DNA from: Candidatus Multivorans sp.
GTDB lineage: Bacteria > Acidobacteriota > Thermoanaerobaculia > Multivoradales > Multivoraceae
Length of the DNA: 64,000 nt
Direction: 5' to 3'
NCBI GenBank assembly: GCA_965224025.1
Contig: OZ245033.1
Coordinates: forward strand, 2,624,001 to 2,688,000
Made by a program: the position numbers and the translations under genes. Below the pieces are notes generated by a model, which was not told the origin of the DNA, made no database searches, and worked only from the letters and a program-made list of their open reading frames with translations. This document shows positions 48,864 to 57,777 of this stretch, piece by piece; position 1 is the stretch's first letter; the number at the start of each line of letters is the position of its first letter.

Positions 48864-49923
48864 GCGGAAATTCCTTGTCGATCTGTTGGCCACGCCGAGC
48901 CCCTCGGGCCACGAGGAGCCGGTGCAGGAAGTCGTTCGCGCCTACGCGGGCAAGTTCGCCGACGACGTTTCGACCGACATTCACGGCAATGTGATTGCGG
49001 CCGTGAACGGCGAGGCCGGCGAGAAGCCGGACGGCCGCCGCGTGCTGTTCGCGGGCCACTGCGATCAGATCGGTCTGCTGGTCAGTTACATCGACGACAA
49101 GGGCTTTCTGTGGGTGCAGCCGATCGGCGGCTGGGATCCGCAGCAGTTGATAGGCCAGCGGATGATCGTGTGGGCCAAGGACGGTCCGGTACCCGCGGTC
49201 ATCGCCCGCAAGCCGATCCACCTGCTGGACACGGAGGAGCGTCGGCGCGCGGTCAAGATGGAGAATCTCTGGCTCGACATCGGCGCGACGGATGGCGACG
49301 ACGCGAAGAGCGTGGTGCGGGTCGGTGATCCGGTGACCCTCGATCTCGGTTTCCGGGAACTGCGCAACGGCTTGGCCAATGCTCCGAAGATGGACAACAC
49401 GACCGGCCTCTGGGTGGTCATCGAGGCGCTGCGGCGGGCAGTGAAGCGGAACCCGAAAGTCGCGGTCTACGCGGTATCGACGGTGTGCGAGGAGATCGGC
49501 CTGCGCGGCGCCCGCACGAGCACCCACGGCGTCGACCCCGACGTCGGCATCGCGGTGGACGTGACCCACGCGACGGACTGTCCGACGATCAGCAAGCGGC
49601 AGGAGGGCGACCTGCGCCTGGGCGGCGGGCCCGTCATCGTGCGCGGGCCCAACATGAACCCGAGGGTCAGCGATCGGCTTGAGGCGATCGCGGAAGAAGA
49701 GGAGATTCCGTTCCAGTTGGCGGCCCTGGGGCGCGCGGCGCCGAACGACGCGAACTCGATCCAGATCACCCGTGCCGGCGTCGCGACCGGACTGATCAGC
49801 GTCCCGAACCGTTATATGCACAGCGCCGTCGAGACGATCTCCCTGGACGACATCGATCACTCCGCCGATCTGTTGGCCGGCTTCGCGGCGTCGCTTACTC
49901 CCGACGAGTCTCTGATCCCGTGA
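48850..49923 (+). CDS. M42 family metallopeptidase
   Basis: SPSGHE, GHCDQIG, DN, EEIGLRGA, DVTHA and RYMHS. Confidence 0.93.
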   Translation: MNKTARKFLVDLLATPSPSGHEEPVQEVVRAYAGKFADDVSTDIHGNVIAAVNGEAGEKPDGRRVLFAGHCDQIGLLVSYIDDKGFLWVQPIGGWDPQQLIGQRMIVWAKDGPVPAVIARKPIHLLDTEERRRAVKMENLWLDIGATDGDDAKSVVRVGDPVTLDLGFRELRNGLANAPKMDNTTGLWVVIEALRRAVKRNPKVAVYAVSTVCEEIGLRGARTSTHGVDPDVGIAVDVTHATDCPTISKRQEGDLRLGGGPVIVRGPNMNPRVSDRLEAIAEEEEIPFQLAALGRAAPNDANSIQITRAGVATGLISVPNRYMHSAVETISLDDIDHSADLLAGFAASLTPDESLIP

Positions 49924-50006
49924 CCTAGCGGGGGACGCCCCGCTGGCTGCTACTCTCCGCGGCCACAATCACCGTCCAACGAAGCGACAAAAGGGGCTAG
50001 AAGCCA

Positions 50007-50780
50007 ATGCCGATGAAGAACCGTCTGCGCGACAGGATCGACAACGGAGAGGCGGCGCTCGGCGCCTGGTTGGCCTTTCCGGACACGCACAGTGCTGAGC
50101 TGATGTCCCGTCTCGGTTTCGACTGGGCGACGATCGACATGCAGCACGGGCTGGTCGACTACCAGCGCGCGACGGAGATGCTGCAGGCGATGACCGCCTC
50201 CGACACGACGCCGATCGTCCGCGTTCCCTGGAACGAGCCCGGGATCATCGGCAAGATGCTCGACGCCGGCGCTCACGGCATCATCATCCCGATGGTGAAC
50301 AGCCGCGCCGAAGCGGAAGCCGCGGCGGCCGCCTGCCGCTATCCGCCGCGCGGAAAGCGCAGCTTCGGTCCCTTCCGGGCCGGCCTGCTCTACGGCGGGA
50401 ACTACCTGGAGGAAGCGAACGAGCAGATCTACTGCATCCCGATGATCGAGACCCAGCAGGCGCTCGACAACCTCGACGACATCCTGTCCGTGCCGGGCCT
50501 CGACGGCGTTTACGTCGGCCCGAGCGACCTCAGCGTGTCGTTGGGGCTCCGACCGGCGGCGGACCAGAAGGATGAGAAGTTCACCTCCGCGATCGACAAG
50601 ATCCTCGATGGCTGCAACCGGTACGGGCTGTTTGCCGGGGTTGCAGGCACCGTCAAGGAGGCGCCGAAGCGGATCAGGCAGGGGTTCCGGTTCGTGGAGG
50701 TGGCGCGCGACGGCGGGTCGATGGCCAAGGCGGCGCTCCAGGATCTGCGCGCCGTGCGGGCTTCCATGGAAGATTCCTGA
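50007..50780 (+). CDS. HpcH/HpaI aldolase family protein
   Basis: IDMQHG, LDAGA, RYPPRGKRS, MIET and GPSDLS. Confidence 0.92.
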   Translation: MPMKNRLRDRIDNGEAALGAWLAFPDTHSAELMSRLGFDWATIDMQHGLVDYQRATEMLQAMTASDTTPIVRVPWNEPGIIGKMLDAGAHGIIIPMVNSRAEAEAAAAACRYPPRGKRSFGPFRAGLLYGGNYLEEANEQIYCIPMIETQQALDNLDDILSVPGLDGVYVGPSDLSVSLGLRPAADQKDEKFTSAIDKILDGCNRYGLFAGVAGTVKEAPKRIRQGFRFVEVARDGGSMAKAALQDLRAVRASMEDS

Positions 50781-51008
50781 GCCGATTGACTCGGTACCTG
50801 GAACGAATCGGCCCGGAGCGCGTTCTCACTACAGAGGCGGGCCGGCTGTGGCGCGCCCGCACGCTATGTGTCCTGTCTCCGACACCGGCGTTTCGGACCG
50901 GATGCTGCGTAGCTCTTGGCGCTGGGCAACATCATGATGCAAGCCAAGGGGAGACAAGACACTAGAATGCAGAGCAAACGCAGAGGCAAACAGGAGAAGG
51001 ATCGAACC

Positions 51009-51944
51009 ATGTCGCGAATGAAGGTCTGGTTGGTAGTGGGTCTGGCACTGGCTATAGCGGTGCCGGCTGTGGCGCAGGACGGCGAGAAGAAGCAGGTTCG
51101 GAAGATCCAGATCAAGAAGATCGTGGAGTGTGCGGACGGCGAGGACTGCGAGGAGCAGGCGAGCCGGATGGTCTTCGTCGGCGACGACGGCGATGTCCGG
51201 GTTCTTCATGGCGACGATACGGAATGGGTGTCGGAGGACAACGTCCGCATTCTCAAGGCGAACGGTCACGACGTGGTTCTGATCGGAGATGAGCACGCGG
51301 ACGGCGAAGCCGGCGAGTCGGTGCGGCGCCGCGTGCATCGGATGATGAAGCAGCTCGGCGAGCGCGGTTCACGCCTGCACCCGCGGCACGGCGGCGGCGC
51401 GTTTCTCGGCGTACAGCTCTCCGATCTGACGCCGGAGCTCCGCACTCACTTCGGCGTGCCCGAGGACGCGGGCGTCATGGTCGGCAAGCTCGTGGACGGC
51501 AGCCCGGCATTCCGTGCGGGCTTGGAGATCGGCGACGTCGTCACCGCGGTCTACGGTGAACCGGTCGCATCCGCGTCGGCGCTGGCGCGGGCCGTCCGCG
51601 GTCACGAGGACGGCGATACCGTCGTGCTCGAGGTCTGGCGCGATGGCCAGATGCAGAAGATCAGCGCCACTCTGGAGGAGCGGGAGCGGGAGCGGCGCGT
51701 CGAGATGTCCAGCGCCGAGGCTGGGGAACACGAAGCCCGCGTGATCGAGGTCAAGGTCGCCTGCGAGGACGGCGAGGACTGCACGGTCGACGTCGACAAC
51801 CTGCACTCGTTCGACTTCGCGGCTTCCGCCTGCGGCGACTCGGGCGAGTGCGAAGTGAATGTCGACTGCACCGGCGGCGACTGCGCCTGCACCGTGAACG
51901 GGGAAGCGGTCGACTGCTCGGCGTTCCCCGGCCTCGCGCAGTAG
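51009..51944 (+). CDS. Secreted PDZ-domain protein with Cys-rich C-terminus
   Basis: Signal peptide, FLGVQLSDLTPELR and GSPAFRAGLEIGDVV; 8 Cys in the last ~60 aa. Confidence 0.8.
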   Translation: MSRMKVWLVVGLALAIAVPAVAQDGEKKQVRKIQIKKIVECADGEDCEEQASRMVFVGDDGDVRVLHGDDTEWVSEDNVRILKANGHDVVLIGDEHADGEAGESVRRRVHRMMKQLGERGSRLHPRHGGGAFLGVQLSDLTPELRTHFGVPEDAGVMVGKLVDGSPAFRAGLEIGDVVTAVYGEPVASASALARAVRGHEDGDTVVLEVWRDGQMQKISATLEERERERRVEMSSAEAGEHEARVIEVKVACEDGEDCTVDVDNLHSFDFAASACGDSGECEVNVDCTGGDCACTVNGEAVDCSAFPGLAQ

Positions 51945-51977
51945 CGCGGACCCGCATCCGGTCCGGGGCGGTCCGAA

Positions 51978-52049
51978 CCGGCGTGCCATCCGTGCGCCCG
52001 ATGACGGGCGCACGGACTCGTTCACGCGTGGCGCGGATCGCGCCGCGCG
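51978..52049 (+). repeat. Dispersed repeat (copy 3)
   Basis: CCGGCGTGCCATCCGTGCGCCCGATGACGGGCGCACGG...GTGGCGCGGATCGCGCC. Confidence 0.9.
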
Positions 52050-52094
52050 GAATGTAGAGTCCCGCTCTTCACTGTCGCGGAAAGGACCTCCCGG

Positions 52095-53513
52095 ATGCCC
52101 TTCGAACGTCTCAGCCTGACCGAAGTGCTCGACCAGCTCGACGCCGGAAAGTGCTCCTGCGTCGAGCTGATGGGCGCAACGCTCGACCGCGTCGAGGCGA
52201 CCCACTCTCGCCTGAACGCGGTGGTCAGCGCGAGACCGCGCGAAGAACTGCTGGCCGACGCCGAGGCCGCCGATCGCCGGCGGGCCGCCGGCGAGGCGGG
52301 CCCGCTCGAAGGAGTGCCGCTCGGGGTCAAGGATCTCGAGGACGTGGCGGGCATGGTCACAAGTATGGGCTCGAGGGTGTTCCGGGACAACCTGGCCGGG
52401 AGCGACTCGACACAGGTGGCGCGGTTGCGGGCCGCGGGCGCGATCGTCGTCGGCAAGACGAACACGCCGGAGTTCGGGTTCACCGCGATCACGAAGAACC
52501 CGCTGTTCGGGGTGAGCCGCTCACCGTGGGACCTGGAGCGAACCCCCGGCGGTTCGAGCGGCGGCTCGGCGGCGGTGCTCGCGGGCGGCGTGCTGCCCCT
52601 GGTCACGTCGTCGGACGGAGGCGGCTCGATCCGCATTCCGGCCAGCTTCACGGGCGCCTTCGGCCTCAAGCCGAGCCAGGGCAGGGTGCCTCGGGGGCCG
52701 ATGCGGTCATGGGACTACGGAGGCACCGCGGTGTACGGTCCTCTGACCCGGACCGTGGCAGACGCGGCCCTGTTCCTCGACCTCGTCGCCGGCCCCTCGC
52801 CTTGCGACCCCGGCTCGTTGCCGGCGCCGGGCCTCAGCTACCGCGACGTGTTCGACTCCGCTTTGCCGGCATCCACGCGGATCGCCTGGTCGCCGGACCT
52901 CGGCTATGCCCGGGTCCAGTCGGACGTCGGCCGCGTTGCGGCGCAAGGGGTGGCGGCGTTCGAGGAGGCGGGTTTCCCGGTCGAGGCCCTGGAAGAGCAC
53001 GTCCCCGGCGGTCCGCCGATGCTGACCGCGGCCTGGGGCGCGCTCGGCAACTTCTTCCTTGCCGGTCAACTGCACGAGTCGCTCCGGAACCAGCGCCACG
53101 ACATGACGCACTCCTTTGCCGACGCGCTGGAGCGCTCGTGGGACGTGACGCCCGAGTCGTTCGGCGAGGGCGCGCGCGAGCGCGGACGCCTGAACCAGTG
53201 GTGCGGCGAGGTGTTCGACCGGTTCGACCTGCTCGTGACCCCTACCGTGCCGTACGACCCGCCGCCAGCCCGCGGTCCCTTCCCGACCCACACCGGGGGA
53301 AGGGAACAGATCCCGGCGGGCGTCGCCGCGTTCACGATTCCGTTCAACATGTCGGGTCATCCGGCCGCCACGGTGCGGGCCGGCTTCTCCGACGCCGGTC
53401 TGCCGGTGGGCCTGCACATCGTGGGTCCGCGCCACCGCGACGACCTTGTGCTCCGGGCCGCGCGCGTGTTCGAACGGGCTCGCCCCTGGCACCCGAACTG
53501 GCCGGAGATCTAG
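52095..53513 (+). CDS. Amidase signature family protein
   Basis: GVKD, GKTNTPEF, GGSSGGS and SDGGGSIRIPA. Confidence 0.95.
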   Translation: MPFERLSLTEVLDQLDAGKCSCVELMGATLDRVEATHSRLNAVVSARPREELLADAEAADRRRAAGEAGPLEGVPLGVKDLEDVAGMVTSMGSRVFRDNLAGSDSTQVARLRAAGAIVVGKTNTPEFGFTAITKNPLFGVSRSPWDLERTPGGSSGGSAAVLAGGVLPLVTSSDGGGSIRIPASFTGAFGLKPSQGRVPRGPMRSWDYGGTAVYGPLTRTVADAALFLDLVAGPSPCDPGSLPAPGLSYRDVFDSALPASTRIAWSPDLGYARVQSDVGRVAAQGVAAFEEAGFPVEALEEHVPGGPPMLTAAWGALGNFFLAGQLHESLRNQRHDMTHSFADALERSWDVTPESFGEGARERGRLNQWCGEVFDRFDLLVTPTVPYDPPPARGPFPTHTGGREQIPAGVAAFTIPFNMSGHPAATVRAGFSDAGLPVGLHIVGPRHRDDLVLRAARVFERARPWHPNWPEI

Positions 53514-53518
53514 CCATA

Positions 53519-53610
53519 GCGCGGCAGAACGATCGGAGGCCGGCGCTTCGCGCCGGATGCCGGTGGGGACGCCGGCGCACTCAGTTTCCGCCGCGCAAGC
53601 TGCCAGGAAC
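53519..53610 (-). repeat. Dispersed repeat, outer shell without the inner module (copy 5)
   Basis: Minus strand GCTTGCGCGGCGGAAACTGAGTGCGCCGGCGT-CCCCACCGGCATCCGGCGCGAAGCGCCGGCCTCCG...TTCTGCCGCGC aligns with both ends of copy 2. Confidence 0.85.
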
Positions 53611-53613
53611 GGT

Positions 53614-54648
53614 TCACGGGATCACGGAGACCTTGACCGCACCGGACCGTTTGTCGCCGGCGACTTCGAAGGCGCGCTCGATGTCGTCCAGCGGCACTTC
53701 GTGGGTCAGCAGGCCGGCGTAGTCGCTTCCGGCCGCGGTCAGGATGCGCACCGCCTCCTCGAAGTCCGCTTCGCCGGGGCGGCGCGCGTAGCAGTTGGAC
53801 CACTGAAGGCGTGCCTCCTTGCCCAGGAGGGTCAGAGGATCGAGCGTCAGGGGCCCGAGGAAGACGCCCAGGACGGCGATCGTGCCGCCCGGCGCCAGTG
53901 CCGCCGAGGCCGCATCCATCGTGTCCGCCGTGCCGCCGACCGTCTCGACGACCGCATCGGCGTCGAGGCCGGCCAGATCGTCAGTCGACGCCGCGTCGAG
54001 TGACTCGTGGACGCCGAGCCGCTTCGCCAGGCGCGCCTGGTGCTCGTAGCGGGCCGTGATCGCAATGTCGTCGAACCCCCAGGCGCCCGCGACCGCGGCC
54101 ACCGCCAGGCCGATCGCGCCGGCGCCGAGGATCAACAGCCGTTCGGGCTGCCTGCTGTCGTTGAAGCCGGCCAGACGCAGGCCGTGGACGGCCACCGCGA
54201 AGGGTTCGGCGAGCGCGGCGAGGGCCGGCGGGAGAGTCTCGGGAACCCGGTACAGGCGGTGTGCTGGCACGACCACGGCGTCGGCGAAGCCGCCGGGACG
54301 GCGGAGGCCGTAGAGCTCCAGGTCACGGCAGATGGAGTCCCGGCCTTCGCGGCACGGGCCGCAGTTGCCGCAGGAGGCGAGCGGCTCGACCACGACCGGT
54401 TCGCCGCCGCCCAAGCCCTCGACTTCTGGGCCCAGGGCGTCGACTAGCCCGGCCATCTCATGCCCCATGGTCGAACCCGGGGCGATGATCGGCTGCGGGC
54501 TGTGAACGAGATGCAGATCCGTGCCGCAGAGCCCGCAGGCGGTGATCCGGACGCGGACCTCGCCGGGGCCGGGTTCCGGCAGCGGCCGTACGGCCAGCGC
54601 CACTCTTCCCGGTTCGAGGTAGACGCCGGCGCGCATGGTCGCCGTCAT
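53614..54648 (-). CDS. Zn-dependent alcohol dehydrogenase family protein
   Basis: CGTD, GHE, CGNCGPC...C and GAGAIG. Confidence 0.93.
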   Translation of the reverse strand: MTATMRAGVYLEPGRVALAVRPLPEPGPGEVRVRITACGLCGTDLHLVHSPQPIIAPGSTMGHEMAGLVDALGPEVEGLGGGEPVVVEPLASCGNCGPCREGRDSICRDLELYGLRRPGGFADAVVVPAHRLYRVPETLPPALAALAEPFAVAVHGLRLAGFNDSRQPERLLILGAGAIGLAVAAVAGAWGFDDIAITARYEHQARLAKRLGVHESLDAASTDDLAGLDADAVVETVGGTADTMDAASAALAPGGTIAVLGVFLGPLTLDPLTLLGKEARLQWSNCYARRPGEADFEEAVRILTAAGSDYAGLLTHEVPLDDIERAFEVAGDKRSGAVKVSVIP

Positions 54649-55904
54649 GGGGCCGTTCCTTCCTTCCCGTCTCCCAGACACACGGGAAGCGCAAGCAGGA
54701 AGAGCGCCCAGCGCTGGATCTCCGTATCGCGCCAGTTCGCCTCGAACAGGCCCGCGACGTTGAGGGCCAGCAGAGCGAAGAGAACACCCAGATAGAGGTC
54801 CGCGCGGGGTCCGGCTCGCCCTCCCTCGCCGCGGTAGCGCTCGATCGCCGGAGCCGCCGCCGCGCCCATCAGCCACAGGTAGCAAAGCAGCGAAGGGATG
54901 CCGCGACTTGCGGCCATGTGGACGAACGTGTTGTGCAAGTGCTTCACGCGCGCCCGCACGGAGGTCGGATGACGGTAGACCGGGTACCACTCGCGGACCA
55001 TGGCCGGGCCGATGCCTGTGAGCGGCCGGTCCGCGATCATCCGGCCGCCGGCCCACAGCATGCAGAGCCGGTCGTAGTTCGAGGGGTTGCGGACGTCGAC
55101 CACGGACGTGGCGCGTTGCCAGTAGGTCGGCCAGAAGGTGGGCGCCACCGCGGCCAGCGAAACGGCCGCCAGCACCAGGGCGGCGGCGTAGCCCACGAGG
55201 ACCCGGCGACGCTGCAGAGTGAAGGCGGCGGTGGCGACGGCGAAGGCGCCGAGCCAGGCGCTGCGGGTGAGGGTCAAGACGAGCGTTCCGCCGACAATGG
55301 CCAGCACGAGCCAGTTCACCTGCCGGCGCCAACCGTGGCTGCTGGAGACACGCCCGGCGATCAACGCCAGACCGAGCAGGAGCACGCCGGAGAAGGTCAT
55401 GTAGTGCGAGAACGGCCCCGGGATCCGCTGGTGCAGGGGTCCGTAGTCGGTGAAGACGAACTGCGTCAGGCCGTAGACGGCCAGGACCGCCGAGATACCG
55501 ATGACCGCGGCGATCACAACCCTCACCTGCCGTTCGCCCCGGACCAGCAGGAGCGCCAGTGGCAGGGTGAGGACGGAGTAGAGCTGGGAGAGTTCCTGGA
55601 GACTCGTCCCCGGCGCGTAGGAAAGGACCGCCGAGAGGACAAAGCAACCGGTATAGGCGGCCAGGGGGTAGAGGAGCCGCCGCCGTCGCCGGCGATCCTG
55701 GTCGCCGGCTGTGAAGAACAGTCGTCGGCGACTGAACGCGCTCCAGACCAGCGTAAAGAACAGCAGGATGTTCGAGAGCGCGATCCCGAAGGTGGTCACG
55801 AGCTGGCCCAGGAAGAGCCAGAAGCCCGCGTTTCCCCTGGCTTCGCGGCAGGGCCGGGGCACGGCGCGCTCGATCGCCCCCATCGGCCCCTGCGTCCGCT
55901 GCAT
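54645..55904 (-). CDS. O-antigen ligase family (Wzy_C) membrane protein
   Basis: Multiple TM helices, TLTRSAW, PLTGIGP and HLHN. The start is ATG 55904 or 55883; the ORF-track start lies inside the IS. Confidence 0.85.
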   Translation of the reverse strand: MQRTQGPMGAIERAVPRPCREARGNAGFWLFLGQLVTTFGIALSNILLFFTLVWSAFSRRRLFFTAGDQDRRRRRRLLYPLAAYTGCFVLSAVLSYAPGTSLQELSQLYSVLTLPLALLLVRGERQVRVVIAAVIGISAVLAVYGLTQFVFTDYGPLHQRIPGPFSHYMTFSGVLLLGLALIAGRVSSSHGWRRQVNWLVLAIVGGTLVLTLTRSAWLGAFAVATAAFTLQRRRVLVGYAAALVLAAVSLAAVAPTFWPTYWQRATSVVDVRNPSNYDRLCMLWAGGRMIADRPLTGIGPAMVREWYPVYRHPTSVRARVKHLHNTFVHMAASRGIPSLLCYLWLMGAAAAPAIERYRGEGGRAGPRADLYLGVLFALLALNVAGLFEANWRDTEIQRWALFLLALPVCLGDGKEGTAP

Positions 55905-55991
55905 GGCGGTCAGTCTATGCGGGTCCGGCTCACTGGGACTCTCCACCCTTTAGCAAGTGTGTTTTGGGGAGGCTGCTGCGGGTCAGGGAGG

Positions 55992-57245
55992 TCATGCGAC
56001 CTGGGCATGGCATCGCTTGTTGGGGTCGAAGAGAGTTCGGTCTCGGAGCATGGCGCAGGCGACGCCGAGGAGTCGGTCGACGAGTTGTCTGATGGCGCGT
56101 CCGTGCGTCTTGCCTTCGGCTTTCATGGCGTCGTACTTGGCGCGGCTGATCGGGTCGTGCTGGATGGCGACTCGTCCCCAGTGATAGACGGCGTCGCTGA
56201 GGTGTTCGTTGGCGGCGAGTCGTCGCATGACGATGAGCTTCTTGCCGGACTTGACGGTCACCGGCGCCACTCCGCAGAGGCAACGCAGTGCCTCGTGGTC
56301 TCTGCGGCCCAGGCTTTGATCGGCCTCGGAGAGCAGGGTGGCGAGGCCGACCTTGCCGAGTCCGGGCAGCGACCTGAGGATGGCGGCGTCGCTCGGCTTA
56401 GGGGAGTCGTCGTCGTTTTCCCGTTGGGCCGGGGCCTCGAGTGCGCGGGTCATCCGCTCCAGCCGCTTGTCGGCGTCGGCGAGTTGGCGGCAGACGGTGT
56501 CGAGCACCGGCCGGAGGAGTCCTATGTGTTCGACGGCGGCCTTAACGGTGTCCGGGGAAACGGCGATCGGCTCGGCCCGCAGTTGATCGCGCAGTTGGGC
56601 GGAGGTCAGGCGCCGGATGCGGTGTTCCTTGAGCAGTTTGGCGAGCGTGGCTTCGCGCAGCCGTCGAGCCTTGCCGGGGGTCGGCGCCAGTCGCCACAAG
56701 GCCAGCGCGAAGGGCGCCGACACCTCGTTCTTGACCACGGCGAGAAACTGCGGGTAGTAGCGCCAGAGCTGGTCGCGGACCTGGTTCTCCAGGCGGTTCT
56801 TCTGGCCGACCAACTGCTTGCGGCCGCGGGACACCTCGCGCAGCATGACGATGGCGGCATCGGATGGTTGCACGCGGTTCAGGCACTCGGGGTCGGTGCG
56901 AAGCGCGGCGGCGAGCACCCGTGCATCGCGGCGGTCATCCTTGGCGCCGGCGACGGAGAAGCGGTCCCTGAAGCGGTCGAGCTGCTTGGGGTTGATCGAA
57001 TGGACGGCGAAACCCCGCTCCAGGAGAGTCTCGACCACCGGTCCGTGCGGCACCTCGATGGCGACGCCGATCTCGTCCGGAGACGTCGGTCGGGTATGTC
57101 CAAGGAGCCAGTCGGCCATGGCGGCAAGTCCCTTGCCGCTGTGGTCGAACGCCCGCTCCCCCCTCACCTTGCCGTCCCGATCCAGCACACACACGTGGTG
57201 GGTCTCGGACCCCCAGTCCACGCCGGCGAACCACGTCCTGGTCAT
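55992..57245 (-). CDS. IS110 family recombinase/transposase
   Basis: GVDWGS, AIE, KDDRRD (DEDD) and GVAPVTVKSG (catalytic Ser); GGAGG RBS. Confidence 0.96.
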   Translation of the reverse strand: MTRTWFAGVDWGSETHHVCVLDRDGKVRGERAFDHSGKGLAAMADWLLGHTRPTSPDEIGVAIEVPHGPVVETLLERGFAVHSINPKQLDRFRDRFSVAGAKDDRRDARVLAAALRTDPECLNRVQPSDAAIVMLREVSRGRKQLVGQKNRLENQVRDQLWRYYPQFLAVVKNEVSAPFALALWRLAPTPGKARRLREATLAKLLKEHRIRRLTSAQLRDQLRAEPIAVSPDTVKAAVEHIGLLRPVLDTVCRQLADADKRLERMTRALEAPAQRENDDDSPKPSDAAILRSLPGLGKVGLATLLSEADQSLGRRDHEALRCLCGVAPVTVKSGKKLIVMRRLAANEHLSDAVYHWGRVAIQHDPISRAKYDAMKAEGKTHGRAIRQLVDRLLGVACAMLRDRTLFDPNKRCHAQVA

Positions 57246-57279
57246 CTCGTCCTCCTTCTCCCTTGCGGTAGTGTTGCCT

Positions 57280-57436
57280 GGTCGGCATGCCGCGTTGCCT
57301 GCCCGTACCTGTACTGGTGCTCTAAGGCACTGACTCTCCACTGGGCGTCCAACGCGGCGAAGCAGCCAGGGCACGGGTCCCAGCCAGGTGCTCGAAGCAC
57401 AGTGCGCCGGTGGTCGCTCCTGGCTGCTTGCCGACC
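57280..57436 (-). ncRNA. Predicted bridge RNA core of IS110-A (target- and donor-binding loops)
   Basis: Nested stems 57280-87/57429-36, 57289-97/57350-58 and 57361-70/57419-28. Loop segments match the target and donor junctions. Confidence 0.85.
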
Positions 57437-57647
57437 TTCCTTCAGTGACTCCGGCAGGCCGGAAACGCAACCGACCGGCGGTCTCGGCTGCGGAAGCTGC
57501 CGGTCCGGCGGAAAACGGCAGACCGTTTCCCGCCGGACCTTGGAAAACCGGCAAGCCGGTTTCCCACAGCTACCGCAGCCACGACGGCTACTGGTCGATT
57601 CCACCTCTCTCAACGACCCACCAGAATCCACCCGAGAAAGGTACAGG

Positions 57648-57760
57648 TGCGCCGGCGTGCCATCCGTGCGCCCGATGACGGACGCACGGACTGGTTCACG
57701 GGTGGCGCGGATCGCGCCACCCGTGTTCTGGCCGGCATCCGCCGCAAGGCGGAATCCGGC
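57648..57760 (+). repeat. Dispersed repeat (copy 4) interrupted by IS110-A
   Basis: TGCGCCGGCGTGCCATCCGTGCGCCC...CACGGGTGGCGCGGATCGCGCCACCCGTG...GCCGGCATCC. Confidence 0.9.
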
Positions 57761-57777
57761 TGGGCTCCGAAGGCGGC

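Larger units (their letters stand above)
55938..57647 (-). mobile_element. IS110-family element A (GG/CC core)
   Basis: Removing it restores ACTG-GG-TGCGCCGGCGTGCC, identical to the repeat copy at 38216. Contains a DEDD recombinase and a ~400-bp 5' non-coding end. Confidence 0.92.

Noticed and set aside
55905-55956. IS-derived hybrid promoter driving the O-antigen ligase gene
   Set aside because: The outward TTGCTA has no -10 hexamer at 17-bp spacing in the flank.
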